Counted from the stretch's first letter, positions 38,873 through 49,304 are shown. The stretch is DNA of 64,000 bases from Pseudomonadales bacterium (GCA_045106985.1 JBGCFQ010000033.1:15206-79205), one strand, 5' to 3'. Notes: generated by a model not told the origin, from the sequence alone. Program-made: numbers and translations.

Positions 38873-40666
38873 TTAGGGCTGACCAAAGCGTTCAACGATG
38901 TCGCGCAGGTAGTCATTCTCTGGGTCGTTTTGAATGGCCTCGCGCCAAACGCTCTTTGCTTCGCTCTGTTGTCCGGCTGCCCAAAGCGCTTCACCCAAAT
39001 GCGCCGCTACTTCAGGGTCAGGAAACAGAGCATGGGCCTTTCGTAAATACTCCAGTGCAGTATCAATTTGGCCAAGCTGAAAATGTACCCAGCCCATGCT
39101 GTCCATAATGGCTGGGTCGTCGGGCTTTATTGAATAGGCTTTTTGAATAAGTTGCAGAGCTTCATCTAAACGTTCGGTGTGAACGGTCAAGGTGTAGCCC
39201 AGTGCATTCAAAGCGGCAGCGTTTTCGGGATCTTGCGCCAACACTTGGCGCAGATCGCTTTCAGCGCCTGCTAAGTCTTCCAGTTTTTCATTAAGCATTG
39301 AGCGGGCATAGAGTAGTTCGTTGTTGTCCGGGTTTCGGTCCAGGGCCTCGGTCAGCACATTGTGGCTCTGCTCTAACTCGCCGTGCCGGTTCAGTAGGTT
39401 CGAGCTTAACAAAGCCAGGTCTACTGCCTCAGTTGCATTTTCTTCGGCTTCTACAGCCAAATACTCTAAGGCCTCGCTCAACTGGTCTCTCTGGCTAAGT
39501 ATGTCGGCGTAGCGTGCTTGGGCAGACAGATACACTCGGCCAGCACCGACCTTGGCATAGTGTTGCAGGGCGTTGTCGTCGTTGCCCTGGTCTTCATACA
39601 CCAGGCCTAGATAATAGTGTACCGAGGCATTTTCATCGTCTACTTCCAGCAAACGCGTTAGCAGTTCTTCTGCTTTATCCAGTTGTTGATTTTCGCGGTA
39701 CACCAGTGCAAGCGTAAATTTCAGTTCGTAGTCTTTTGGGTGGCGTTCAGCCAGCGCTTCAAACTCACGTTCTGCGGCCACCATGTCAGACCGAGTGAGC
39801 AGACGAGCGTATTGCAGATGTAAGCGCTTATTGTGGTTAAACTCTGTAAGAGCGTCTGCGCTAAGTGCTATGGCTTCTTCGCTGCGGTTTAGCTTCTCTA
39901 GCAGTTGCGATTCAAGAATAACGGCTGACACACCCTGCGCTTCATTATCAGGGCCGGCCAGCGCCGCACTTTTGCGCACATTGGCAAGGGCCTCATCGGT
40001 GCGGCCCAGGCTGTCTTCCATAGTGGCCAGGGCCAGTAACAGTTCTGAATTCTTTGGGTGTCGTTCGCTCAAGGCCTGCATTTGCGACAAAACGCCTTCT
40101 TTTTTGGCGTGCGTGAGAGTGGCTGCTGAACTGGCGAGTTCAGTGAACTGGGTAGAGCCACCAAGTTCCAGAGCGCCGGTCATATGCGCCATCGCGCGGT
40201 CTAGGTCACGCGCGCGTGCTTGATGTATTGCAGCTGACTGTAGCGCATTAGAGTCGCCTGGAGATGCTTTGGCCCACAGCTCTGACGCGCGCAGGGCTAC
40301 CGCTTCAGCCCGCAGCACTTCAGCAAGCAAAGTGGCATGGCGCGCCACGCCAGGATCATCAGTGGATGCGGCTTGGCGCAAATAGTTGCGTAGAGCTATG
40401 TCATAGCGATCGCGTTGAGCTGCGATGTCAGCAACCAGCAGCGAATACAAGGTTTGCAGGTCAAAGGGGCGGGTTTTCTCTTCTGGCTTAGGCGCTGCTG
40501 TTGCCTCACTTTCTACCTTTTTTGCGGAATCTTGTTCAGCGACCGAGCTGTTTACAGAGGAAGTGCTGGCACAACCCGCCACGAAAAAGAGCAGACTAGG
40601 CAATAGAGCAAAGCGCGCTAGCTGACGTAAAAAGGGGGCTGCGGGTAAAATTAGGCGAATATTCAT
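38873..40666 (-). CDS. tetratricopeptide-repeat lipoprotein
   Basis: 597 aa. Lipobox 'FFVAGCAS' and many TPR-like A/L/Y-rich 34-aa repeats. Conserved position between hemA and lolB. Confidence 0.7.
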   Translation of the reverse strand: MNIRLILPAAPFLRQLARFALLPSLLFFVAGCASTSSVNSSVAEQDSAKKVESEATAAPKPEEKTRPFDLQTLYSLLVADIAAQRDRYDIALRNYLRQAASTDDPGVARHATLLAEVLRAEAVALRASELWAKASPGDSNALQSAAIHQARARDLDRAMAHMTGALELGGSTQFTELASSAATLTHAKKEGVLSQMQALSERHPKNSELLLALATMEDSLGRTDEALANVRKSAALAGPDNEAQGVSAVILESQLLEKLNRSEEAIALSADALTEFNHNKRLHLQYARLLTRSDMVAAEREFEALAERHPKDYELKFTLALVYRENQQLDKAEELLTRLLEVDDENASVHYYLGLVYEDQGNDDNALQHYAKVGAGRVYLSAQARYADILSQRDQLSEALEYLAVEAEENATEAVDLALLSSNLLNRHGELEQSHNVLTEALDRNPDNNELLYARSMLNEKLEDLAGAESDLRQVLAQDPENAAALNALGYTLTVHTERLDEALQLIQKAYSIKPDDPAIMDSMGWVHFQLGQIDTALEYLRKAHALFPDPEVAAHLGEALWAAGQQSEAKSVWREAIQNDPENDYLRDIVERFGQP

Positions 40667-40874
40667 ACTAAATTCTTATGCAATGCTGTGCTTGGCCACT
40701 TTCTTATTGTAACCCCTTCTCAGAGACTTTGACCTCAACTCTAAGACTTTGACCTTAAAAAGGTGCTTTCTACTCCGTTGTGCGCAACGTGACCGTTCTT
40801 TATTGTGCCCACAGTTGATAGAATAGAGAGTTGTATTCACCCATTCATCCGCCGCTGCTGTTTTGCAGGACCCC

Positions 40875-42173
40875 ATGACATTGTTTGTATTCGGCTTGAG
40901 CCACAAGACTGCCGACCTCGCACTGCGCGAGCGAATTGCTGTGTCTGCGGCAGAAATGGGCGTCGTGCTCTCAGGCTTTTTAAAGGGCAGTAGCATTAAT
41001 GAATTGGCCTTATTGTCTACCTGCAACCGCACTGAATTTTTGGTCAGTGCCAGCAACCATTCGCTTGCGTTGGATGAAATCAAACAATGGCTAGAATCAC
41101 GTTTTCCATCTGGCACGCAGACTGACGAGGTGTGTTACTGCCATCGCGATCAGGATGCTGTGCGGCACATGATAAGGGTGAGCGCTGGGCTTGATTCCAT
41201 GGTGCTGGGCGAGCCGCAGATATTTGGCCAAATGAAAACTGCGTACGCACAGGCAGTTGAGCACCAAACCGTGCAACAAGAACTACACCGTGTGTTTAGC
41301 CATGTTTTTTCGGTCAGCAAGAAAGTGCGCAGCGACACCGGCATTGGAGCAAACCCAGTATCCGTAGCGTCAGCGGCTGTGCGCTTGTCTAAGCGGGTTT
41401 TTTCGTCGCTGGATGACTGCAATGCCTTGATGATTGGTGCAGGTGAAACCATTGCCCTGGCAGCCAAGCATTTGCAGCGCGAGTCTATAGGAAGTTTGGT
41501 TGTTGCCAATCGTACTTTGGATAATGCGCTGCAAGTCGCCGATGACGTGGGAGGCCAGGCGATCACTTTGGCCAACATTCCAGCCGCCATGCAAAATGCC
41601 GACATCGTTATTACCTCTACCGCAAGCCAACTACCGGTTATTGGCAAAGGAATGGTAGAGCAGGCTTTAAAGGTGCGTAAAAACCGCCCCATATTTATTG
41701 TGGATATTGCCGTGCCGCGAGATGTGGAAGAACAAGTGGCAGAGTTAGATAACGTCTATTTGTACACCATTGATGATTTGCAAGGAATTGTGGAGGGTAA
41801 TATTCAGGAACGTGCCTCTGAGGCAGCGCTGGCCGAACAAATGATAGAAGCGTCTTTGGCCGACTACGCAGCAAGCGTTGCCGAACGCGCTGGTGCGCAA
41901 AGGGTAATGGTGTATCGTAAGCAGGCCGAGGCGCTTCGCGATCAGGAGCTGGCTAAGGCGCTGGCGGCGATAGAGTCCGGTAAACCGGCGGCCGATGTGA
42001 TTTCAATGCTCGCCAAAACGCTGACCAATAAGCTTATTCATGCGCCAAGCGTGAGCATCAAACAAGCCACGGCGGCCAACGACACAGAAAAATTGCAGTG
42101 GGCAGAACAACTGCTGGGCATTGCAACAGCAAAAGATCCGTCGGCCTCTGCCGCGGCAGACGAGGATAAGTAA
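40875..42173 (+). CDS. hemA: glutamyl-tRNA reductase
   Basis: 'MTLFVFGLSHKTA...STCNRTE' contains the catalytic Cys motif. 'LMIGAGETIAL' is the NADPH-binding site. I prefer the ATG at 40875 over the TTG at 40863. Confidence 0.95.
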   Translation: MTLFVFGLSHKTADLALRERIAVSAAEMGVVLSGFLKGSSINELALLSTCNRTEFLVSASNHSLALDEIKQWLESRFPSGTQTDEVCYCHRDQDAVRHMIRVSAGLDSMVLGEPQIFGQMKTAYAQAVEHQTVQQELHRVFSHVFSVSKKVRSDTGIGANPVSVASAAVRLSKRVFSSLDDCNALMIGAGETIALAAKHLQRESIGSLVVANRTLDNALQVADDVGGQAITLANIPAAMQNADIVITSTASQLPVIGKGMVEQALKVRKNRPIFIVDIAVPRDVEEQVAELDNVYLYTIDDLQGIVEGNIQERASEAALAEQMIEASLADYAASVAERAGAQRVMVYRKQAEALRDQELAKALAAIESGKPAADVISMLAKTLTNKLIHAPSVSIKQATAANDTEKLQWAEQLLGIATAKDPSASAAADEDK

Positions 42174-42179
42174 GTGGCA

Positions 42180-43262
42180 ATGAAAGCATCACTGCTGAAC
42201 AAACTGGCGGACCTGGTTGATCGCTATGAAGAAATTGGCGCTTTACTGAGTGACTCTGAAACAATTGCGGATCAAGACCAATTTCGTAAATTGTCGATGG
42301 AATACTCCGAAATTGAGCCGGTTGTAAAATGTTTTGCCCGTTACCAGCAGCTGGCGTCCGACGCCGAAGAAGCGCAATCAATGTTGGACGATGGCGACGA
42401 AGAAATGCGCGAAATGGCGCAAGAGGAGTTGGACAGTTGCCGTAGCGAAACGGCCGACTTAGAGGCGCAGCTCGAAACACTACTCTTGCCCAAAGACCCT
42501 TTAGACCGCAGCGATGTGTTTCTTGAAATAAGGGCGGGTACCGGCGGCGATGAAGCCGCAATATTCGCCGGCGATTTGTTTAGGATGTACAGTCGCTACG
42601 CGGAGAACAGTGGCTGGCGAGTAGAAGTGATCAGCGAGCGCGCAGGTGATCACGGCGGCTTTAAAGAACTCATATGCCGAATTGGTGGCCAAAGCGTTTA
42701 CGGTCAACTCAAGTTCGAGTCAGGAGCCCATCGTGTACAGCGCGTTCCAGAAACTGAATCGCAAGGCCGGGTTCATACCTCAGCCTGCACCGTTGCTATT
42801 TTGCCTGAGGTGGCAGAATTGGACGCCATTGAGATAAACAAGGCTGACCTCCGTATTGATACCTTTCGCGCGTCTGGTGCTGGTGGTCAACACGTCAACA
42901 AAACAGACTCTGCTATTCGACTAACCCACTTACCTACCGGTGTGGTTGTGGAATGTCAGGACGAACGCTCGCAACACAAGAATAAGGCCAGGGCCATGTC
43001 GCTTCTGCAGTCGCGCCTGCAAGACGCCGCACAGCGTGAGCAAACCCAGGCACAAGCGGATGAGCGCCGCAATTTAGTGGGTAGTGGAGACCGCTCCGAG
43101 CGCATTCGAACCTACAATTTTCCGCAGGGACGAATGACTGACCACCGCATAAATCTCACTCTGTATAAACTGGCTGAGGTTATGGAGGGCGATTTGAACT
43201 CGGTTGTGCAACCTTTATTGCAAGAGCACCAGGCCGATTTGTTGGCTTCGTTGTCGGATTAG
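42180..43262 (+). CDS. prfA: peptide chain release factor 1
   Basis: The 'PET' tripeptide region ('[11 protein letters not shown]') and '[11 protein letters not shown]' (GGQ) are present. The start 'MKASLLNKL' is at 42180. Confidence 0.95.
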   Translation: MKASLLNKLADLVDRYEEIGALLSDSETIADQDQFRKLSMEYSEIEPVVKCFARYQQLASDAEEAQSMLDDGDEEMREMAQEELDSCRSETADLEAQLETLLLPKDPLDRSDVFLEIRAGTGGDEAAIFAGDLFRMYSRYAENSGWRVEVISERAGDHGGFKELICRIGGQSVYGQLKFESGAHRVQRVPETESQGRVHTSACTVAILPEVAELDAIEINKADLRIDTFRASGAGGQHVNKTDSAIRLTHLPTGVVVECQDERSQHKNKARAMSLLQSRLQDAAQREQTQAQADERRNLVGSGDRSERIRTYNFPQGRMTDHRINLTLYKLAEVMEGDLNSVVQPLLQEHQADLLASLSD

Positions 43263-43352
43263 CTAAAGCCCGTTGTGGATGCATCTAAATCCGAAGGCCA
43301 TTTCATGGGCCGTTCACCGAAACATCGCAGTACTGATTCTGACCGTGGCGCA

Positions 43353-44255
43353 ATGAGTGCAGCTAGCAAGGTGACGATAAAAGCCGCTTTAGATAATGTC
43401 CAAAAGCAGTTCGCAGAGATCTCTTCCAGCCCTAAGCTCGACGCTGAGTTATTGCTGGCCGAGGCGCTTGAGGTAGAGAGAAGTCACTTGTTTGCCTGGC
43501 CAGAGAAAGAACTGGATTATGCAGCGAGTAAACGATTTGGGGTGTTGGTTGAACGGCGCATTAGTGGCCAGCCGGTCGCCTATCTTTTAGGCCAGCAAGA
43601 ATTCTGGAGCCACTGTTTAAGCGTAGGGCCCGGCGTGCTCATTCCACGCGCCGATACTGAAGTACTGGTAGAGGTTGCTCTTGAGCTGGGATCAGAGCTG
43701 ACCCAGACGTTAAATCTCGCATTGGACTCTGGTTCTGAAAGTGAGCGTCGCGTTTGCGTTGCTGATCTTGGCACTGGGTCTGGCGCGGTGGTGTGTTCGT
43801 TGGCCAGCGAGCAAGCTCAGTGGCGGTTATGGGCTGTTGATCAATCAGCGCAGGCTTTAGATTATGCGCAACGTAACGTTGCGGCGTTAGGCTTGGCTAA
43901 CGTGACTGTGCTGGCGTCGAACTGGTTCTCGGCTTTGCAAGGTAAGCGCTTTGATTTGATTGTTAGCAACCCGCCCTATATTGCCGCCGATGATCAACAT
44001 CTTCAGGCCGGTGACTTGCGTTTTGAACCTATGGAGGCGCTGGCTTCTGGAGATGATGGGCTTGATGATATTCGTTCTATCGTTGATCAGTCTCCGGGGT
44101 ACTTAAACAGCGGCGGCTGGCTGGTTTTGGAACATGGCTATGAGCAGGCTTCCTCAGTCGCTGAGTTACTGCGAGCACGAGGTTACAGTGACCTTAGGCA
44201 TCGCTGTGACCTCGCGGGTCACCAGCGGGTCAGCTATGGATGCTGGCGCTCTTGA
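43353..44255 (+). CDS. prmC: release-factor glutamine N5-methyltransferase
   Basis: 'DLGTGSGAV' and 'NPPYI'. It follows prfA. The start is uncertain: GTG 43275, ATG 43305 or ATG 43353. Confidence 0.9.
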   Translation: MSAASKVTIKAALDNVQKQFAEISSSPKLDAELLLAEALEVERSHLFAWPEKELDYAASKRFGVLVERRISGQPVAYLLGQQEFWSHCLSVGPGVLIPRADTEVLVEVALELGSELTQTLNLALDSGSESERRVCVADLGTGSGAVVCSLASEQAQWRLWAVDQSAQALDYAQRNVAALGLANVTVLASNWFSALQGKRFDLIVSNPPYIAADDQHLQAGDLRFEPMEALASGDDGLDDIRSIVDQSPGYLNSGGWLVLEHGYEQASSVAELLRARGYSDLRHRCDLAGHQRVSYGCWRS

Positions 44256-44300
44256 GTTATTGCGGGCCAATAGTTGAGGGCTTAGCAGAAAAAGCACTCT

Positions 44301-45080
44301 TTAAGTCTTACTTCGCCGCCTCGCACGATACTTTTCAAGCTGAACACTGTTGTCGAGACGAATGCCCACGCCATCTGCCCCCGCTACTGGAAGTAACAAG
44401 CGCCAGTTGTGGCTTTGCTTGTCGGAGCCGTGCAGCATCAAATGGCCATCGTAGCCGGCCAACTGCTCGTGCAGTGCATTAATTCTCGCGCGCAGCGATG
44501 GGTCGTCCGCCAGTTCGTTGGCTAAATGCAGCAGGGGCTTGGTGCTGTTACCTGCGTGTTGGCCGCTAGAGAGCGCAAGTTCTAGATACTGCCCATCTAT
44601 TTTCTGATAGCAACATGCACAGGACTGATCAAGATAGTCATTTACTTTTAGTTCAGCCAGCACCTGCTGTTCCACTTTTTGACCGCTGGCAGCCTCTATC
44701 TTGATGGCATCACACAGATACTGAAACATTTGGATTAACAGCTTTTGCAGCTCTACAACATCGCTTTCGGCCGCGTGCAGATCTGGCTCAATGCTATAAC
44801 GAACGTTTAAGCCAGTTGCAATTGATTGCTGCAGTAAAGCGGTAGTGTGTTTTGCGGCCTCACTGAGGTCGGTGCTTTGCGGCTTGTCTTTGCCCAGTGC
44901 TTGGTAGGCTAGCATTCTAACGATAAGGTCGTGAGCATGGCGGCTGGAGTTCATTGCTGAATTCAATCGCTCCGAGAGCTTGCCAGCCTCTGTCGAATCT
45001 TCTTCAGTGAGTGCTTTTTGTGCCTGATCCGAAATAGTCACTAGCAATTGGTTGAAGTCACTGGCTATGCCAGTTACCAA
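44301..45080 (-). CDS. degenerate histidine-kinase-like module (DHp with His replaced by Ser, decayed ATP-binding boxes); probably the detached C-terminus of the upstream sensor
   Basis: The TTG-initiated ORF begins 'VTGIASDFNQLL', compared with the canonical 'GIAHDFNNLL' H-box. There is no Asn in the N-box position ('LLIQMFQYLCDAIK') and no GxGLG motif. Confidence 0.6.
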   Translation of the reverse strand: MVTGIASDFNQLLVTISDQAQKALTEEDSTEAGKLSERLNSAMNSSRHAHDLIVRMLAYQALGKDKPQSTDLSEAAKHTTALLQQSIATGLNVRYSIEPDLHAAESDVVELQKLLIQMFQYLCDAIKIEAASGQKVEQQVLAELKVNDYLDQSCACCYQKIDGQYLELALSSGQHAGNSTKPLLHLANELADDPSLRARINALHEQLAGYDGHLMLHGSDKQSHNWRLLLPVAGADGVGIRLDNSVQLEKYRARRRSKT

Positions 45081-45085
45081 TTGTT

Positions 45086-46855
45086 CTATGGTTTGTTCGT
45101 TTTCAATCGCGGGCTTTTTTTTTTGCTGTCGGATTTAATATCGGTGGCGGCTTGAGCCTGGTTAGGCTTTTTAGCCTGGTTTTTGTTAGCGGCGATAGTC
45201 ATTGCTATCGGGTCTTCGCCATCGGAAGGCAGCACCAGCAAGCAGCTGGCGAGGTTATTGTCGAGTTCGTTATGCAGAGGCAATTTGATGAATCGATAAA
45301 CCATCCAGTCGTCTGGGTCGACTTGAACGCTGGCTTCAACAACATCCTGCGTGCGCAACATTTGTGTTTCCATGTCTTGCAGCTGCTGAATTAAATGCTC
45401 TGGGAACAGATCGGTTTCGGCTTTGCCTATTACGTCGTCGCTGCGCAAACCGAATAAATCCAGAAAGTACGGATTAGCGCGCTCAAAACGCCCATCGCTG
45501 TCTTTAATAGCTAAGGCAAAAGGTACCCGGCGGGAAAACTCCTTCATCGTTTCGAGTTCAGCAAACTTGGCGACTTGCTGTTCATACATCTCTGTCACGT
45601 CGCTTGCCACCAGCAATGCCGTGCGCTGAGACGCGGCCGGTGTACGCAGCAGTGAAAGCGTGCTGTGCAACCACATTGGCCCGTCGCTAAGCTCTAGCAT
45701 GAAAACTGTTTGCTGAGGCTTGCCGGTATTTAAGGCTTTGCTGAGCATCTCTCTGTATAGCGGGCGTTGCTGGTCGTTTAGCAGCGAACTTAAGGTTTGG
45801 CCTTTTAAAGTTTCAGGCTTATTTTGAATTTTGCCCCAGTCACCTGAAACCAGTTCAACAATGCTGCCATCTTCGTCAACCAACGCACTTAAGTCTGGAT
45901 AGCTTGATACGATGTGCCGCCAAATTGTTTGCGTGCTGTCATCCTTAGCCATATCAGCAACATCGCCGTCGCTATGAAATGCGCTTTCATGCAGCTCAAG
46001 AATTAACTGTTGCTCGCTGCCCCTTTTAGCGATGATGTTTCGCCACGACGCATGGCCTTCTTCATCTACACGCAGTACGTCAGTGAATCGAATTTGCTCT
46101 CCAGCCAGCAGTTCTTCAAGCTCGCTAAAGAGGTCAAGGTTCTGATAGCTTATCGGCGCCTCCGACCACGAACTACCCAGCAACGCAGCAGGGTCCAGGT
46201 TTTCGAGCTCAGCCGCTGCAGCGTTTATTGAGCGAATGATCCAGCTTTCATTACGTTGCTCTAAAACAACGATACCGGTACTAAGGAACTCAAGCTCTGG
46301 ACCGAAAGATCTCGTCAGGTCAGCGGTCGATGATTTAGCCATTTCAGTAAGCGTGGTGTCAGGCAGTGCTGCGGCCGGCGTTACGAGTGGCTTTCTGTCA
46401 ATGCTGGGTGGTCTGGAGAGGTTTTGATGTGGATGCGAGGTGCTGTTTGAGCCCCTCTCGCCAGTTTGCTCCCAATTGATTGCGCCAATCGTGGTTTCCA
46501 AAACACTGCGTGACAGCGTGTCTTTATCTATTACCTGATTTAGGCCGCTGTGGGTGGCTGCGACTAACTCTTGCGCCGAAATGTCGCCATCTGCACACAA
46601 TATGATTGCCGCCTCTGTAAATTGAGCCCGCGCCAAGCTCACTAGTTGTACTAAGTCAGTGTGTGCGTAATTGTCGGCTAGAAAAATCAGCTCGTAGTGC
46701 TTATTGCCGCTAGGGAAAAACCCCTGGCTGGAATGATGGATGTCGCTGGAGAAGGGCCGGCCGGCTAAGCTTGCAAGCAGTTGACGCAACAGCACAGATT
46801 CAGATGAATTGTCATCCAGTATCAGTGCTTTAAAATGTTCAGCGTGTCTGCTCAT
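45086..46855 (-). CDS. receiver (REC)-PAS-PAS-PAS sensor protein, truncated by a frameshift relative to the downstream kinase-like module
   Basis: 'ALILDDNSSESVLLRQLL...LIFLAD' is REC-like. At least three PAS-like blocks follow. The ORF ends 'KSDSKKKSPRLKTNKP*' just after an A10 run. Confidence 0.7.
   Translation of the reverse strand: MSRHAEHFKALILDDNSSESVLLRQLLASLAGRPFSSDIHHSSQGFFPSGNKHYELIFLADNYAHTDLVQLVSLARAQFTEAAIILCADGDISAQELVAATHSGLNQVIDKDTLSRSVLETTIGAINWEQTGERGSNSTSHPHQNLSRPPSIDRKPLVTPAAALPDTTLTEMAKSSTADLTRSFGPELEFLSTGIVVLEQRNESWIIRSINAAAAELENLDPAALLGSSWSEAPISYQNLDLFSELEELLAGEQIRFTDVLRVDEEGHASWRNIIAKRGSEQQLILELHESAFHSDGDVADMAKDDSTQTIWRHIVSSYPDLSALVDEDGSIVELVSGDWGKIQNKPETLKGQTLSSLLNDQQRPLYREMLSKALNTGKPQQTVFMLELSDGPMWLHSTLSLLRTPAASQRTALLVASDVTEMYEQQVAKFAELETMKEFSRRVPFALAIKDSDGRFERANPYFLDLFGLRSDDVIGKAETDLFPEHLIQQLQDMETQMLRTQDVVEASVQVDPDDWMVYRFIKLPLHNELDNNLASCLLVLPSDGEDPIAMTIAANKNQAKKPNQAQAATDIKSDSKKKSPRLKTNKP
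45115..45124. repeat. T10 (A10 on the coding strand) homopolymer at the junction of the two sensor ORFs
   Basis: Counted directly: gggc-TTTTTTTTTT-gctg. Confidence 0.95.
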
Positions 46856-47062
46856 AGAAGCGTAAATTGACGAATAGTCGGCATTCGTTGTTTAAAGTAA
46901 CCAGTGAGGGTAATGGTACTGTTATTGGTCGGCTTTTGACCATATCCGATTCTGCTAAATCTTGCCGATTCTCGTCATAATGCACTAAGTGGTTGATTAT
47001 CAAGGTACCGCGGGCCTAATTAAGCGGCCATTTCTGACAAACGGGGCTCTTAAGTAGTTAAT

Positions 47063-47078
47063 TGGCACGCTAAACGCA
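47063..47078 (+). promoter_or_regulatory. candidate sigma54 (-24/-12) promoter upstream of the DoxX gene
   Basis: TGGCACGctaaacGCA has correct GG-to-GC spacing and TGGCACG is 7/7, but the TT before GC is missing. It lies about 60 nt upstream of the ATG at 47140. Confidence 0.3.
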
Positions 47079-47139
47079 ACTTTCGCTGACAAACAGAGTC
47101 CCAATCAGCGACTGTGGAAAACTAAAAGGAAGCTGAACA

Positions 47140-47778
47140 ATGAGCGCAGCAGGCGACACCTACCAATCAATCCGTGCACAAACACTGGGCAGGCTACAGC
47201 ACCTGGATTTCTTAGCCCCGCTCTTATTGCGCTTGTACCTAGTGCCAATATTCTGGATGGCAGGGTCAAAGAAAATCGATTTTTCAACATTGATGCCGTA
47301 CGAGTCTACTGTGAGCTGGTTTGGTAACCCGGATTGGGGCTTGGGCCTGCCGGTGCCCACTCTCATGGCCTTTTTGGCTGGCTGGACCGAAGTACTAGGG
47401 GCTATTTTTCTGGCGCTTGGCTTTGCCGTGCGTTGGATTTCAATACCTCTGATGTTCACAATGGCCGTTGCGGCTACAACAGCCCACTTAGACAACGGCT
47501 GGCAAGCTATTTCAGATCCTGGAGCGCCGTTTGCCAACCAACGAGTAAAAGAATCGGCTGCTCGATTAAGTGCGGCAAAGGAAATTCTCAAAGAGAACGG
47601 TAACTACAGCTGGCTCACGGGTCGTGGTTCGCTGGTTGTGTTGAATAACGGAATCGAATTTGCAGCGACGTATTTCGTTATGTTGCTGGCTTTATTATTT
47701 GCTGGGGCAGGGCGCTTTGTCAGCGTTGACTATTGGCTTGGCCGGGCCAGTAATGTGCCGCTAATGATTCGTTACTAA
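47140..47778 (+). CDS. DoxX-family membrane protein
   Basis: 212 aa and about 4 TM segments. 'LLRLYLVPIFWMAGSKK' is the N-terminal pattern typical of DoxX. Confidence 0.7.
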   Translation: MSAAGDTYQSIRAQTLGRLQHLDFLAPLLLRLYLVPIFWMAGSKKIDFSTLMPYESTVSWFGNPDWGLGLPVPTLMAFLAGWTEVLGAIFLALGFAVRWISIPLMFTMAVAATTAHLDNGWQAISDPGAPFANQRVKESAARLSAAKEILKENGNYSWLTGRGSLVVLNNGIEFAATYFVMLLALLFAGAGRFVSVDYWLGRASNVPLMIRY

Positions 47779-47910
47779 CTTACGGCTGGTTCGCTACACT
47801 ATTGGCGAGGTGGGTTCTGCATTAGCTCACCACTGCAACGTACTCGCGCTGAATCAGGCTGCTCTGCCTGCTTCAGCCAGATTCTTGCCGGAGACCCTTA
47901 CACCGGCGAG

Positions 47911-49251
47911 GTGAGACAAAGCCCCCTAAATTTGTTTTTACCCCTCCAGCTGGTCATAATGCGGCGCAGCCATACACGGCACCATCATTATATCGAGCAA
48001 TATGTGACTTCACGCGACTACGACGCAAACACTACCGAGCAAGGCATCTGGAGTATCGATGACTTTCCGGTTTCTCCTGTAGAGGGCAAAACAAGATTTC
48101 ACGACTTTGATTTACCCGCAGAATTAATGCATGCCATTGCCGATTTGGGCTTCGAATATTGTTCGCCTATCCAGGCAGAGATTCTTCCACACACCCTGCA
48201 GGGTGTGGACGCGATCGGCAAAGCCCAAACAGGAACGGGAAAAACGGCGGCATTTCTTATTACCGTAATTACCAATATGCTCGAAAACCCGGGTGACGAC
48301 GAGCGTTATCTGGGCGAACCAAAAGCTGTTGTTCTAGCACCTACTCGTGAATTGGCTATGCAAATTGCCGAAGACGCGGCATTGCTTACCAAACACTGTG
48401 ATCTAAATGTAGCCCTTTTGATTGGCGGCACTGATTACGATCGCCAACTAAAAACGCTGCACAATAATGTAGTGGATATTCTTGTGGGCACACCTGGACG
48501 TTTGATGGACTTTGTTGAACGCAACGAAGTTCAGCTGCATTTAGTGGAAACCATGATTATTGATGAAGCCGACCGCATGTTGGATATGGGCTTTATTCCG
48601 CAAGTACGCCGCATTGTTAAACAAACTCCGCCACGAACGCATCGCCAAACGTTGATGTTCAGTGCAACCTTCACGCCCACCATTCTTGATTTGATTGAGC
48701 GCTGGACTGATAAGCCGGTTACCATCGAAATTGAACCTGATAGAGTGGCTACTGACTCGGTTGACCAGCGCATTTATCTAGTGAGCGAAGATAAAAAATT
48801 CAGAGTGCTGACTAACCTTTTACGTACGGAAGCGGTCGAGCTCGCCATCGTTTTTGCCAACCGTCGGGACCAGGTTCGCCGCTTGCACGAGCAGCTTGCG
48901 AAACGGGGTATTGATTGCGGCATATTGTCGGGAGAAGTGGCCCAGCAAAAACGAACTCGGACGTTACAACGCTTTAAAGATGGCGACTGCAAGATAATAG
49001 TTGCCACTGATGTTGCTGGTCGCGGCATTCACGTTGATGGCATCAGCCATGTTATTAACTTCAACTTACCTGAAGACCCGGAAGACTACGTGCATCGAAT
49101 TGGACGCACGGGGCGGGCGGGTGCCAAGGGTACTTCCATCAGTCTGGCGTGCGAGTCTGATTCCTTTATGTTATTGGATATTGAGGAGTTGCTCGGTTAT
49201 AAGTTGAATTACGAGCAGGCGCCTGCGGAGTTGTTAGAAAAAACTAATTAG
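47911..49251 (+). CDS. rhlB: DEAD-box ATP-dependent RNA helicase (RhlB-like)
   Basis: '[16 protein letters not shown]...CSPIQ' (Q motif), 'AQTGTGKT', 'DEAD', 'SAT' and '[10 protein letters not shown]'. The start may be the ATG at 47959. It ends in a TAG stop. Confidence 0.9.
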   Translation: MRQSPLNLFLPLQLVIMRRSHTRHHHYIEQYVTSRDYDANTTEQGIWSIDDFPVSPVEGKTRFHDFDLPAELMHAIADLGFEYCSPIQAEILPHTLQGVDAIGKAQTGTGKTAAFLITVITNMLENPGDDERYLGEPKAVVLAPTRELAMQIAEDAALLTKHCDLNVALLIGGTDYDRQLKTLHNNVVDILVGTPGRLMDFVERNEVQLHLVETMIIDEADRMLDMGFIPQVRRIVKQTPPRTHRQTLMFSATFTPTILDLIERWTDKPVTIEIEPDRVATDSVDQRIYLVSEDKKFRVLTNLLRTEAVELAIVFANRRDQVRRLHEQLAKRGIDCGILSGEVAQQKRTRTLQRFKDGDCKIIVATDVAGRGIHVDGISHVINFNLPEDPEDYVHRIGRTGRAGAKGTSISLACESDSFMLLDIEELLGYKLNYEQAPAELLEKTN

Positions 49252-49304
49252 CAGCTGCATCATTGTTGTTTGAGCAGTGACGAGCGAGGCTCACGACGAG
49301 AATA

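Noticed and set aside
38411-39046. 211-aa plus-strand ORF spanning the lolB/TPR gene junction
   Set aside because: It is entirely antisense to two well-supported minus-strand genes and has a low-complexity Ala/Ser/Cys/Leu-rich translation with no motifs. It looks like a typical shadow ORF.
40676-41692. 146-aa and 180-aa minus-strand ORFs over the hemA promoter and coding region
   Set aside because: They overlap hemA, which has clear catalytic motifs, and the divergent promoter region. The translations are basic and low-complexity, without motifs.
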